Shown: positions 27,472 through 35,820 of the stretch, in pieces | Layout of the letters: every line of letters begins with the position of its first letter | Position numbering within the stretch: the stretch's first letter is position 1 | Assembly (NCBI GenBank): GCA_963763955.1 | Contig: CAVXQP010000010.1 | Location: forward strand, 156,118-220,117 | Reading direction: 5' to 3' | From: an uncultured Solirubrobacterales bacterium | Lineage (GTDB): Bacteria > Actinomycetota > Thermoleophilia > Solirubrobacterales > 70-9 | DNA: 64,000 bases | Made by a program: the position numbers and the translations under genes | The notes under the pieces: model-generated | Seen by the model: only the letters and a program-made list of their open reading frames with translations | Database searches by the model: none | What the model was told of the DNA's origin: nothing

Positions 27472-28743
27472 GTGGCCTCCAAGCGCCAGATCTTCGTGCG
27501 CGACGTTCCCATCGGGGGCGGCGCGCCCGTCGCCGTGCAGACGATGTGCAAGACCGAGACGGCCAATCTCGAGGCGACCATGGAGCAGATCCGGACGGTC
27601 GCCGAGGCGGGCGCCGACCTCGTTCGCGTCGCGGTTCCGCGCGACAAGGACGTCGAGGCTCTCCGGACGATCGTCAAGGAGTCGCCGATCCCGGTGATCG
27701 CCGACATTCACTTCAACCACACCCTGGCGCTGAAGGCGATCGACGCCGGCGCGGACTGCATCCGGCTCAACCCGGGCAACATCGGCGGCCCCGAGAAGGT
27801 CGCCGAGGTCGCCGAGCGGGCGACCAAGGCGAACGTGCCGATGCGGATCGGCGTCAACTCCGGCTCGCTGCCCAAGCACCTGCACGAGCTGGAGAGGGAC
27901 AACCCGGTCGAGGCGCTGGTCCAGGCCGCGGTCGAGTTCGTCGAGCTCATGGAGCGCCTCGAGTTCGAGAACTTCAAGGTCTCGATCAAGTCCACGAACG
28001 TCCCCAACACGATCGCCTCGAACCGGCTGCTGGCGGAGAAGATCCCCTATCCGATCCACCTGGGCATCACCGAGGCCGGCACGAAGTGGTCCGGCTCGCT
28101 GAAGTCGTCGGTCGGCCTCGGGACATTGCTCGCCGACGGGGTGGGGGACACGATTCGGATCTCGCTCTCGACCTTCCACGCCGAGGAGGAGGTCAAGGTC
28201 GCCTGGGAGATCCTCAAGGCGCTGCACCTGCGCGAGCGGGGCCCGGTCCTCATCGCCTGCCCAACCTGCGGCCGCCTCCAGTTCGACATGGACACCGTCG
28301 TCGCGGAGATCGAGCAGCGCCTGGAGGCCTACACCGAGCCCGTCGAGGTGGCGGTGCTGGGTTGCGCGGTCAACGGGATCGGGGAGGCCTCGCACGCCGA
28401 CTTCGGCATCACCGGCGCCAAGGACGAGGGCCTGATCTTCGCCCACGGCAAGCCGCTGCGGAAGGTGAAGCAGGACGAGCTGGTCGACGCCCTCTTCGCC
28501 GAGATCGACAAGTCACTCGACCGGGGCAAGGTCCATGTCGACGAGGCCAAGTCGCGCGAGGGCGCGGACTGGCTGGCGAAGATCGAGGAGGAGAACGCCG
28601 GCGAGCTCACGCCCGAGCGCATCGCCCAGATGGAGGCCGAGGCCTCGAACGAGGAGCCCGATCCGTTCCTGAAGCCGGTGAAACGGCCGGCCCTCGACGA
28701 AGACGCCTCGCCGACCACCGGCCGCCGCTTCACCCGCGCTTAG
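27472..28743 (+). CDS. ispG: 4-hydroxy-3-methylbut-2-en-1-yl diphosphate synthase (flavodoxin) with acidic C-terminal extension
   Basis: GTG at 27472 in ORF 27298..28743. RQIFVRDVPIGGGAPVAVQTMCKT, IPVIADIHF, RINPGNIG, ACPTCGR, GCAVNGIGEA. About 60-80 extra C-terminal residues (KIEEENAGELTPERIAQMEAEASNEEPD...). Confidence 0.9.
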   Translation: MASKRQIFVRDVPIGGGAPVAVQTMCKTETANLEATMEQIRTVAEAGADLVRVAVPRDKDVEALRTIVKESPIPVIADIHFNHTLALKAIDAGADCIRLNPGNIGGPEKVAEVAERATKANVPMRIGVNSGSLPKHLHELERDNPVEALVQAAVEFVELMERLEFENFKVSIKSTNVPNTIASNRLLAEKIPYPIHLGITEAGTKWSGSLKSSVGLGTLLADGVGDTIRISLSTFHAEEEVKVAWEILKALHLRERGPVLIACPTCGRLQFDMDTVVAEIEQRLEAYTEPVEVAVLGCAVNGIGEASHADFGITGAKDEGLIFAHGKPLRKVKQDELVDALFAEIDKSLDRGKVHVDEAKSREGADWLAKIEEENAGELTPERIAQMEAEASNEEPDPFLKPVKRPALDEDASPTTGRRFTRA

Positions 28744-29141
28744 GCGTCGATCGGAAGCTCGAACCAGACGTGGGTGCTGCCCTCGTAGACGGCCCAGCGT
28801 GAGCTGAGCCTGTCGACGAGCTCGAGACCTCCGCCATCCGTCTCGCTGCGATCCCTGATCCGCGGGATCGCGCCGGCGGGATTGCCTTGATCGGCAATCT
28901 CGCCCCTGATCACGTCGTCAGCGGTCACGAGCGTCACCGTGATCGGTCTTCCCGGGCCATGAGCGACCGCGTTGTTGACGAGCTCCGTGACGACCGCGAT
29001 CAGGTCGATGAGTGTGCGCTGCGGCAGCGACCGCGAGAAGCGCTGACGGAGCGCCTGACGCGTCCGCCAGCCGGCCCGGATGTCCGGAGAGAGGACAAGT
29101 CTGAACTCCTCTGGCTGTACCTGGCCCGTACTCGATGCCAT
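28740..29141 (-). CDS. HATPase_c-type anti-sigma regulatory factor (RsbW-like Ser kinase)
   Basis: ATG at 29141 preceded by GGAGGAG (the longest ORF starts at 29183). LIAVVTELVNNAVAHG, GEIADQG, GGGLELVDRLSSRW. Overlaps the ispG stop convergently by 4 nt. Confidence 0.7.
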   Translation of the reverse strand: MASSTGQVQPEEFRLVLSPDIRAGWRTRQALRQRFSRSLPQRTLIDLIAVVTELVNNAVAHGPGRPITVTLVTADDVIRGEIADQGNPAGAIPRIRDRSETDGGGLELVDRLSSRWAVYEGSTHVWFELPIDA

Positions 29142-29184
29142 GGCTCCTCCGAGCCGATCATCGAGGCCCCCCTCACGGAACAAG

Positions 29185-30693
29185 CTAGTACGCCTTCGCG
29201 AAGATCGCCATCACGGTCGCGGGGCCGCCGCTGATCACGCAGCGTGCATCGGGCGGAAGTTCGGCTCCCTCGGGGATGACGCGCACGCTGACGCCGAGCT
29301 CGCCCATCGTCTCGATGGTCTCCGGCCCCTCGCTCCAGGGCGCCAGGACGAAGCCCCCGGACTCGGTGTCGTCCCCCGAGAAGAACTCACGGAACTCGTC
29401 GATCGTCGTGATGTCGTCGCGGGTGCGCTCGCGCAGCCGCTTGTCCGCCTCCTCGAAGTAGCTCAGCTGGATGTCCCCGATCATGCCGGCCACCGCATCA
29501 GCGGCCCCCTCCCGCGGGATCGCGTCACGGGCGAGCTCCGGGTCGTCGCGGCGGGTCATCGTGACCACGCCCTGATCGATGTCCCGGCCGCCGAGCTCGA
29601 TCACGATCGGCACACCCTTGCGGATCCACTCCCAGCGCTTCTCTGCCGGCTTGTGGTCCCGCAGATCGACCTCGGCGCGCAGCGCCGCGCCCTCCCACGA
29701 CCGCTCGGTGAGCTCGGCCTGCAGCTCGCGCGCAGATTCGAGCACCGCGGTCGGGTCATCGCGGGTGATCGGGACGATCTTGACCTGCTGGGGTGCGATT
29801 CGGGGCGGAACGCGGAGACCGTTGTCGTCGCCGTGGGTCATCACCACCGCTCCCACCATCCGGGTGGTGAGACCCCATGAGGTCGTGTAGCAGAGCTTTC
29901 GCTCGCCGTCCTCGTCCGTGAACTCCATCTCCATCGCCCCGGAGAAGTTCTGGCCCAGGTAGTGGGAGGTCCCACACTGCAGTGCCTTGCCGTCCTGCAT
30001 CATCGCCTCGATGCTGAGGGTGGTTTCGGCGCCCGGGAAGCGCTCGTACTCCGGCTTCTCGCCGGCGATCGCCGGAATCGCCAACAGCGATTCGGTGAAC
30101 TCCCGATAGACGCCGAGCATCCGCCGGGTCTCCTCGAGCGCCTCCTCCTCGGTCGCGTGGGCGGTGTGCCCCTCCTGCCAGAGGAACTCCGTGGTCCGCA
30201 ACAGCACCCGCGGGCGAAGCTCCCAGCGCACGATGTTCGCCCACTGATTGATCATCAGGGGCAGGTCACGGTAGGAGTTGATCCACTTGGCGAAGGAGCG
30301 GCCGATGATCGTCTCGGAGGTGGGGCGGACGATCAGCGGCTCGGGGAGCTCGGCGGCCGGATGCAGGGATCCGTCCTCGCCCTGTTCGAGCCGGTGGTGC
30401 GTGACCACAGCCATCTCCTTCGCGAACCCCTCGACGTGCTTGGCCTCCTCCTCGAAGTAGCTCAGCGGGATGAAGAGCGGGAAGTAGGCGTTCTGGGCCC
30501 CGGTCCCCTTGATCCCGTCGTCGAGCGCGCGCTGCATCAGCTCCCACATGCCGTAGCCCCACGGCCTGATCACCATCGCGCCGCGGACGTGGTCGAGCTC
30601 CGCGACCTCCGCGTCGCGGACCACGCTCTGGAACCACTGAGGGAAGTCCTGAGCGCGGGTGGGGGAGATTCCGGTTTTCGGCTTGCCTTGCAT
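29185..30693 (-). CDS. proS: proline-tRNA ligase (archaeal/eukaryote-like type, no INS editing domain)
   Basis: 502 aa. FPQWFQSVV..AE......VRGAMVIRPWGY.MWE, YFPLFIP, WANIVRWE.R, FLWQEGHTAH, GTSHYLGQNFS. C-terminal Zn/Cys-type domain ending in Y. Confidence 0.9.
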   Translation of the reverse strand: MQGKPKTGISPTRAQDFPQWFQSVVRDAEVAELDHVRGAMVIRPWGYGMWELMQRALDDGIKGTGAQNAYFPLFIPLSYFEEEAKHVEGFAKEMAVVTHHRLEQGEDGSLHPAAELPEPLIVRPTSETIIGRSFAKWINSYRDLPLMINQWANIVRWELRPRVLLRTTEFLWQEGHTAHATEEEALEETRRMLGVYREFTESLLAIPAIAGEKPEYERFPGAETTLSIEAMMQDGKALQCGTSHYLGQNFSGAMEMEFTDEDGERKLCYTTSWGLTTRMVGAVVMTHGDDNGLRVPPRIAPQQVKIVPITRDDPTAVLESARELQAELTERSWEGAALRAEVDLRDHKPAEKRWEWIRKGVPIVIELGGRDIDQGVVTMTRRDDPELARDAIPREGAADAVAGMIGDIQLSYFEEADKRLRERTRDDITTIDEFREFFSGDDTESGGFVLAPWSEGPETIETMGELGVSVRVIPEGAELPPDARCVISGGPATVMAIFAKAY

Positions 30694-30701
30694 ATGCTCG
30701 G

Positions 30702-31388
30702 ATGATGGCCCGTAGCCGCGGACAATCCTTTCGCAAGGGGCGGCGAAAGGGGTTCAGGCGCCAGTTTGGACTCGACCGATCCGGCCCGCCACCGAGTCAG
30801 ACGAGACCGGGGCAGCCCCTGCGCCCTTGGACGATCCCGAACGCGGTGGGATACATCCGGCTGGCGGGGCTGCCGGTCTTCCTCTACCTGGCGTTCTCCT
30901 CGGGTGACGGCCGTGACCCAGCCGCGGCGGTGATCTTCTGGCTGATTGCGGTGGGAGACTACGTCGACGGATTCCTGGCTCGGGCGACGGGCCAGTACAG
31001 CCGGATGGGATCCATCTTGGACCCGATCGTCGACCGGCTGACGATCCTCTCCGGCGTCGTGGTCTGCTGGCACTTCGAGCTGCTGCCGCGGTGGGCCCTC
31101 GCGGTGCTGGTGGGCCGCGAGGTGATCACTGCGCTACTTGCCGAGTTTGCGCTCCGACGGGTGGGCGAGCTGCAGATCAATTGGCTCGGACGGCTCGCGA
31201 CGGTACCCGTGATGGCGTCGATCTTCTTCTCCATGGTCTCCGCGAGCTGGGTGTGGAGCGCGATGCTGATCTTCGGGGTCGTGCTCGGGGTGATGGGTAC
31301 GATCGCCTACGTCCGGACCGGGCTCCGCGAGCTCGCCGCTGCTCAGGCACAATGCAAGCCCTCGACCGAACCTTCAACCCGCGGTTGA
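30702..31388 (+). CDS. pgsA: CDP-alcohol phosphatidyltransferase (PgsA-like)
   Basis: Signature DYVDGFLARATGQYSRMGSILDPIVDR (D-x2-DG-x2-AR...D-x3-D) and TM segments. Start is uncertain: the first ~40 codons after ATG 30702 have poor GC3 and lie only 8 nt from the divergent proS start. Confidence 0.8.
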   Translation: MMARSRGQSFRKGRRKGFRRQFGLDRSGPPPSQTRPGQPLRPWTIPNAVGYIRLAGLPVFLYLAFSSGDGRDPAAAVIFWLIAVGDYVDGFLARATGQYSRMGSILDPIVDRLTILSGVVVCWHFELLPRWALAVLVGREVITALLAEFALRRVGELQINWLGRLATVPVMASIFFSMVSASWVWSAMLIFGVVLGVMGTIAYVRTGLRELAAAQAQCKPSTEPSTRG

Positions 31389-31411
31389 GGTAGCTCGAAC
31401 GTACCTATAAT
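31385..31411 (+). promoter_or_regulatory. sigma-70-like promoter candidate (TTGAGG, 15 nt spacer, TATAAT)
   Basis: Perfect TATAAT at 31406..31411, about 30 nt upstream of GTG 31442, which has a GGAGGA RBS. The -35 match is weak and the spacer is short. Confidence 0.4.
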
Positions 31412-31441
31412 CGCTCCACCAGAGACGAAACCGGAGGACCC

Positions 31442-31708
31442 GTGGAGGACGAGACCTTTCCAGACATCGGCTCGATGAGCGACGAAGAGCTCAAGGAGCT
31501 GATCGACAGCCTCACCGCCGAGGAGCAGGAGGTGTCATACCGGCGCCGGATCCTGCACGGGCAGATCGACATCCTGAGGGCCGAGCTGGTCAACCGCCTG
31601 CGTGAGGGTCGCCCCGAGGGCGGCACACTGATCAAGGGCGACGACGTCCAGCGGCTCAGTGAGATCCTCGCCGGCCGTTCCGAGCCCCCGACCAAGCCCC
31701 CGACCTAG
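31442..31708 (+). CDS. small coiled-coil protein, RsiG-like (candidate single-motif c-di-GMP-binding anti-sigma factor)
   Basis: 88 aa, GTG start. MSDEELKELIDSLTAEEQEVSYRRRILHGQIDILRAELV matches E-x3-S-x2-R-x3-[Q>H]-x3-D and the SY.RR.L.G.IDILRAEL pattern as I remember it for the RsiG family. Confidence 0.5.
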   Translation: MEDETFPDIGSMSDEELKELIDSLTAEEQEVSYRRRILHGQIDILRAELVNRLREGRPEGGTLIKGDDVQRLSEILAGRSEPPTKPPT

Positions 31709-31721
31709 AGGGCGGTACAAG

Positions 31722-32192
31722 GTGGCGATCCACTGCCCCGAGTGCGGGTTCGTCAACGCCGAGGGGGCCAACTACTGCCAGAAGTGCGGCGCGTACCTCT
31801 CCCGCCCCGACGGGAAGGACGAGCCGACGACGATGACCTACACGGTCGACGAGTCGGGAGAGATGCATCAGGTCGACATCGACGAGGTCGTCGAGCGTCA
31901 CGGGGCGGCGATGGTGATCCGCTCGGGCGGTGGCCGAGCGGGGGAGAGCTTCACGCTGGACGACGAGCGGGTCTCGATCGGACGGACCCCCGAGGCCGGC
32001 GTCTTCCTCGACGACGTCACCGTCTCCCGGAACCACGCGCTGCTCGTTCGCCGCAACGAGGGCCTCTACATCGACGACCTCGGATCGCTGAACGGCACTT
32101 ACGTCAACCGCCGCCGGATCGAGTCACACAAGCTGGAGGATGGCGACGAGATCCAGATCGGCAAATACAAGCTGAGCTATCTGGAGAAGTGA
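31722..32192 (+). CDS. zinc-ribbon plus FHA domain protein (GarA/OdhI-like)
   Basis: GTG at 31722 after GAGGGCGG. CPECGFVNAEGANYCQKCG zinc ribbon, Thr-rich linker EPTTMTYTV, and FHA core SIGRTPEAGVFLDDVTVSRNHALL......YIDDLGSLNGTYVN. Confidence 0.85.
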   Translation: MAIHCPECGFVNAEGANYCQKCGAYLSRPDGKDEPTTMTYTVDESGEMHQVDIDEVVERHGAAMVIRSGGGRAGESFTLDDERVSIGRTPEAGVFLDDVTVSRNHALLVRRNEGLYIDDLGSLNGTYVNRRRIESHKLEDGDEIQIGKYKLSYLEK

Positions 32193-32194
32193 CC

Positions 32195-32947
32195 ATGGAC
32201 GCCTCGCCGACACCCTTCGACCGCAGGACCACCGATGGCGCCGGAACCGACGGCTCGCCCTCGAATCGCAAGGCGCTCACGATCGGGGCCGTCGCCAAGA
32301 TCCTCGGTCGCGAGTTCGAGGAAATCTCAATCTCGAAGATCCGCTACCTCGAGGATCAGAAGCTGCTCTCTCCACGGCGGACGGCGGGCGGCTACCGGCT
32401 CTACAGCCAGGCGGACGTCGAGCGCCTGCGGACCATCCTGCGCATGCAGCGCGACGAGTTCCTGCCCCTGCGGGTGATCCGCCAGGAGCTGGCGGCCGGC
32501 GCGCGAGAGGAACGAGGCGGGGCGGCGTCACTGCGTCGCGCGACGGCGGTGGAGCCGGGCAAGGGGTCGCGGCTCACGATCGAGGAACTGGTCGACCAGA
32601 CCGGAGTGGGGAGCGAGTTGATCAAGGATCTCGAGGACTGGCGACTGATCCAGCCGCACAACGTCGCGGGCACCAAGCTCTACGACGACACCGACTGCGA
32701 GATCGTCAAGGCATGCGCCGAGCTCGCCCGATTCGGGGTGGGGGGCCGAAACCTGAAGGTGTTCCGCACTGCGGCCGATCGGGAGGCGGTGCTGCTCGAG
32801 GCCGTGATCGGTCCCGGCCTGCAGTCCACCAACCACAACGTGCACCGCGAGGCGATCGAGAACCTGGAGAGTCTCGCCGCCGCCTGCAACAACCTCACGC
32901 ACATGCTGCTTGTCCGCGACCTGCGGAAGCTGACAGGCGAGGACTAG
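32195..32947 (+). CDS. MerR-family transcriptional regulator (FtsR/Rv1828-like context)
   Basis: ATG 2 nt after the FHA gene's stop. LTIGAVAKILGREFEEISISKIRYLEDQKLLSPRRTAGGYRLYSQADVERLRTILRMQRDEFLPLRVI. Second C-terminal domain present. Confidence 0.85.
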   Translation: MDASPTPFDRRTTDGAGTDGSPSNRKALTIGAVAKILGREFEEISISKIRYLEDQKLLSPRRTAGGYRLYSQADVERLRTILRMQRDEFLPLRVIRQELAAGAREERGGAASLRRATAVEPGKGSRLTIEELVDQTGVGSELIKDLEDWRLIQPHNVAGTKLYDDTDCEIVKACAELARFGVGGRNLKVFRTAADREAVLLEAVIGPGLQSTNHNVHREAIENLESLAAACNNLTHMLLVRDLRKLTGED

Positions 32948-32958
32948 GGCCCACTGCG

Positions 32959-33426
32959 GTGGCACGCGTCGTCCGTAGGCGCCGCATCGCTGCGCCCGCG
33001 AGCGCGCTCTGGGACGTGGTCACCGACCCGTATCACCTGCCCCGCTGGTGGCCGAACACGCAACGGGTGGAGAACGTGAGCGAGGGAGAGCCCGGGGAGC
33101 GCAGCTGGACCCAGGTGCTGGAGACCCGCGGCGGGCGCGGGGTCCGTGCCGACTACCACGGTGTGGCTGTGACCGACGGCGAGCGCTACGTCTTCGAGCA
33201 GACCGTCGAGGGAACGCCCTTCGAGCGCTTCGTGAAGCGAGTACGCACCGAGATCCAGCTGCAACCCCAGAACGGCGAGACCGACGTGACGATGTCCCTC
33301 GACCGCCGGCTGCGCGGCCTCTCCCGGCTGGGCTCGCCGATGATGCGCAGGGCGATCGGGCGGACCCTGAACGAGGCGCTCGCCGGCCTGGAGACGGCCG
33401 CGACCGGGGCGGAGGGACAGACCTGA
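32959..33426 (+). CDS. SRPBCC (START/polyketide cyclase-like) family protein
   Basis: GTG at 32959 in ORF 32713..33426. I.APASALWDVVTDPYHLPRWWP is a typical N-terminus for this fold family. Confidence 0.65.
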   Translation: MARVVRRRRIAAPASALWDVVTDPYHLPRWWPNTQRVENVSEGEPGERSWTQVLETRGGRGVRADYHGVAVTDGERYVFEQTVEGTPFERFVKRVRTEIQLQPQNGETDVTMSLDRRLRGLSRLGSPMMRRAIGRTLNEALAGLETAATGAEGQT

Positions 33427-33434
33427 CCGCCGAC

Positions 33435-35030
33435 ATGAAGTGGTGGGGCTGGGGCGACCCGGACCGGCGCCTCGACCTTCCTCCGGCGGCGGTCGCAGCG
33501 CTCCGTGAGGAGCTCGGCGTCCACGCCGACGACGCCGTCGAGCACGTCCCGCTCGAGCAGGTCTCTCTACCTGAGGCACGGCCCGTCCCGGACGCCGTCC
33601 GCTCCGCCGCCGGTGAGGTTCTCGACGGCCCCGAGGATCGATTGCGCCGGGCGGCGGGCCGCAGCTACCCGGACCTGGTCCGGCTGCGCACCGGGCGGCT
33701 CGAGCTCGCTCCCGATGCCGTCCTGCGCCCCCCGGATGATGCCGCGGTCGAGGCCGTGCTGGGTGCCTCCGCGGAGACCGGGGTGGCCGTCGTTCCCTAC
33801 GGAGGCGGAACGAGCGTGGTCGGCGGCCTCGACGCCGTCTCCGACAGCCACGCGGCGGTCGTCTCGCTCGACCTGGCTCACCTGCGCTCCATCGAACTCG
33901 ACCCGCGCTCGCTGACCGCCATCCTGGGACCCGGGCTGTCCGGGCCCGACGCCGAGCGGGCGCTGGGTGCCCTCGGAGCCACGCTGGGCCACTTCCCGCA
34001 GTCCTTCGAACAGGCGACCATCGGCGGGTTCGCCGCAACCCGCTCGGCCGGCCAGGCGTCGAGCGGCTACGGACGCTTCGACGATGTTGTGACCTCGATC
34101 GAGCTCACCGCTCCCGGAGGACGGCTGCGAACCCGCGCGATCCCTCACACCGCCGCCGGCCCGGCGCTGCGCGAGCTGGTCCTCGGCTCGGAGGGGACCC
34201 TCGGCGTGATCACCGAGGTCAGCTGCCGGGTGCGCCCGGCGCCGCGGGTGCGCCACTACGAGGGCTGGATGGCGGAGGACTTCAAGGCAGGCCGCGAGAT
34301 CGTCCGTGATCTGGCGCAGGCGCACGAGGCGCCGGACGTGCTGCGGCTATCAGACGAGGAGGAGACCCGGGTGACCCTCGGCCTGGCGGGGACCGAGGGC
34401 CTGCAGAAGCGCGCGCTCGACGCCTACCTGTCGCTGCGCCGGCGCCAGGGCGGCTGCCTGATGATCTGCGGCTGGGAGGGCGAAACGGAATCGGTCCGCC
34501 GGCGCCGCTCGCTGAGCCAGACGCGGCTGCGCCTCGGCCGGGCCGTCCCGCTGGGGGCCTCGGCGGGCCGCTCCTGGAACCGCAACCGCTACGGCGGCCC
34601 CTATCTGCGGGACGAGCTGATGGACCTCGGAGTGATGGTGGAGACGCTCGAGACCGCCCACACTTGGAGCAGGCTGGATGAGCTCTACCGTGCAGTGAGC
34701 GCAGCCCTGCGGGGCGCCCTGGGCGAGCGCTCGATCGTCATGTGCCACGTCTCCCACGCCTACCCCGACGGCGCCTCGCTCTACTTCACCTTCTTCGCCC
34801 GGGCCCGGCGCGGGAGGGAGCTCGAACAGTGGCGGACCGCGAAGAGCGCCGCCTGCGAGGCGATCGTCGCGACCGAGGGCACGATCACCCACCACCACGC
34901 AGTGGGCCGCGACCACGCCCCCTACATGCGCGCAGAGGTCGGCGAGGTGGGCCTCGACGCCCTCCGTGCCGTCAAGGAGCGCCTCGACCCAGCGGGGATC
35001 ATGAACCCGGGGAAGCTCCTGCCCGTGTGA
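33435..35030 (+). CDS. FAD-linked oxidase (alkyldihydroxyacetonephosphate synthase / GlcD-like)
   Basis: ATG at 33435. MKWWGWGD N-terminus, VVPYGGGTSVVGG FAD-binding PCMH motif, and C-terminal HHHAVGRDH....E.G......R.VKE.LDP.GIMNPGKL. Confidence 0.82.
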   Translation: MKWWGWGDPDRRLDLPPAAVAALREELGVHADDAVEHVPLEQVSLPEARPVPDAVRSAAGEVLDGPEDRLRRAAGRSYPDLVRLRTGRLELAPDAVLRPPDDAAVEAVLGASAETGVAVVPYGGGTSVVGGLDAVSDSHAAVVSLDLAHLRSIELDPRSLTAILGPGLSGPDAERALGALGATLGHFPQSFEQATIGGFAATRSAGQASSGYGRFDDVVTSIELTAPGGRLRTRAIPHTAAGPALRELVLGSEGTLGVITEVSCRVRPAPRVRHYEGWMAEDFKAGREIVRDLAQAHEAPDVLRLSDEEETRVTLGLAGTEGLQKRALDAYLSLRRRQGGCLMICGWEGETESVRRRRSLSQTRLRLGRAVPLGASAGRSWNRNRYGGPYLRDELMDLGVMVETLETAHTWSRLDELYRAVSAALRGALGERSIVMCHVSHAYPDGASLYFTFFARARRGRELEQWRTAKSAACEAIVATEGTITHHHAVGRDHAPYMRAEVGEVGLDALRAVKERLDPAGIMNPGKLLPV

Positions 35031-35039
35031 GTCGGGCGC

Positions 35040-35804
35040 CTAGCGCAGAGCGCCGCGCATCACCGGCGTGCCGACCACCTGGGGGAGCGTCGCGCTCTGC
35101 GCCGCCCGCTGCACCGCGGTGGCCGCCTCCCGCTGACGGGTCAGGGTGAGGACGACGCTGGTGAAGCTGGGCAGCAGTCCCTCGGCCGCGGTGGGGATCG
35201 GCGTTCTGCCCGTGAGCTTGCCGTCGGAGCCGACCGCCTTGAAGGCCACCGGGAGGCTCCGCCCGCCGGAGCCCGCAAGCCAGAGGACGTAGCTCTGGCC
35301 TGGGCCGCTCGGGGTGAGACCCTCGATGGCCAGGTCGACGGCGGGCTGATCGGCGACACGGACCACAGAGATCATCCCGCTCGCGCTGGAGCCGCCCACC
35401 GGGCTCAGCCGGATCGGCACGACGTCCTCCTGGTCGCCCCGGGTGGTGGTGGACCCGTTGTCGCCGCCGCCCCCGCCGACCGCCACGAGCACGATCGCCA
35501 CGACCACCCCGGCGACGCCGAGCGCTGCCCAGAGCGCCCAGCGCCTCCGCCCGCCGGCGTTTGCGGGTTCGGCCGGGGAGTGCGGTGAAGCGAGCGGCTC
35601 AGCGCCCTCCAGTGCGTCCAGGCGCTCCCTGACCGCTCGCGGGGAGATGTCGGCGGCCGGATCGGCCTCGAGGGCGCTCGCGGCGGCGTGCGCCCGGTCC
35701 CGCACCTCGCCGGGACTCGTCCCGAGGAGCTCTGCGATCTGCTCATAGCGCTCCCCGGCGATCAGGAGCTGGAGCAGCGCGCGCTGATCCTCGCTCAACG
35801 CCAT
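35040..35804 (-). CDS. membrane protein: N-terminal sigma-70 region-4-like HTH, one TM segment, extracytoplasmic RskA-like domain
   Basis: 254 aa. LSEDQRALLQLLIAGERYEQIAELLGTSPGEVRDRAHAA (HTH), WALWAALGVAGVVVAIVLVAV (TM), QSYVLWLAGSGG.SLPVAFKAVGSDGKLTG (RskA C-terminal-like). Confidence 0.65.
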   Translation of the reverse strand: MALSEDQRALLQLLIAGERYEQIAELLGTSPGEVRDRAHAAASALEADPAADISPRAVRERLDALEGAEPLASPHSPAEPANAGGRRRWALWAALGVAGVVVAIVLVAVGGGGGDNGSTTTRGDQEDVVPIRLSPVGGSSASGMISVVRVADQPAVDLAIEGLTPSGPGQSYVLWLAGSGGRSLPVAFKAVGSDGKLTGRTPIPTAAEGLLPSFTSVVLTLTRQREAATAVQRAAQSATLPQVVGTPVMRGALR

Positions 35805-35820
35805 GGGCTGGCGCGGTCGG

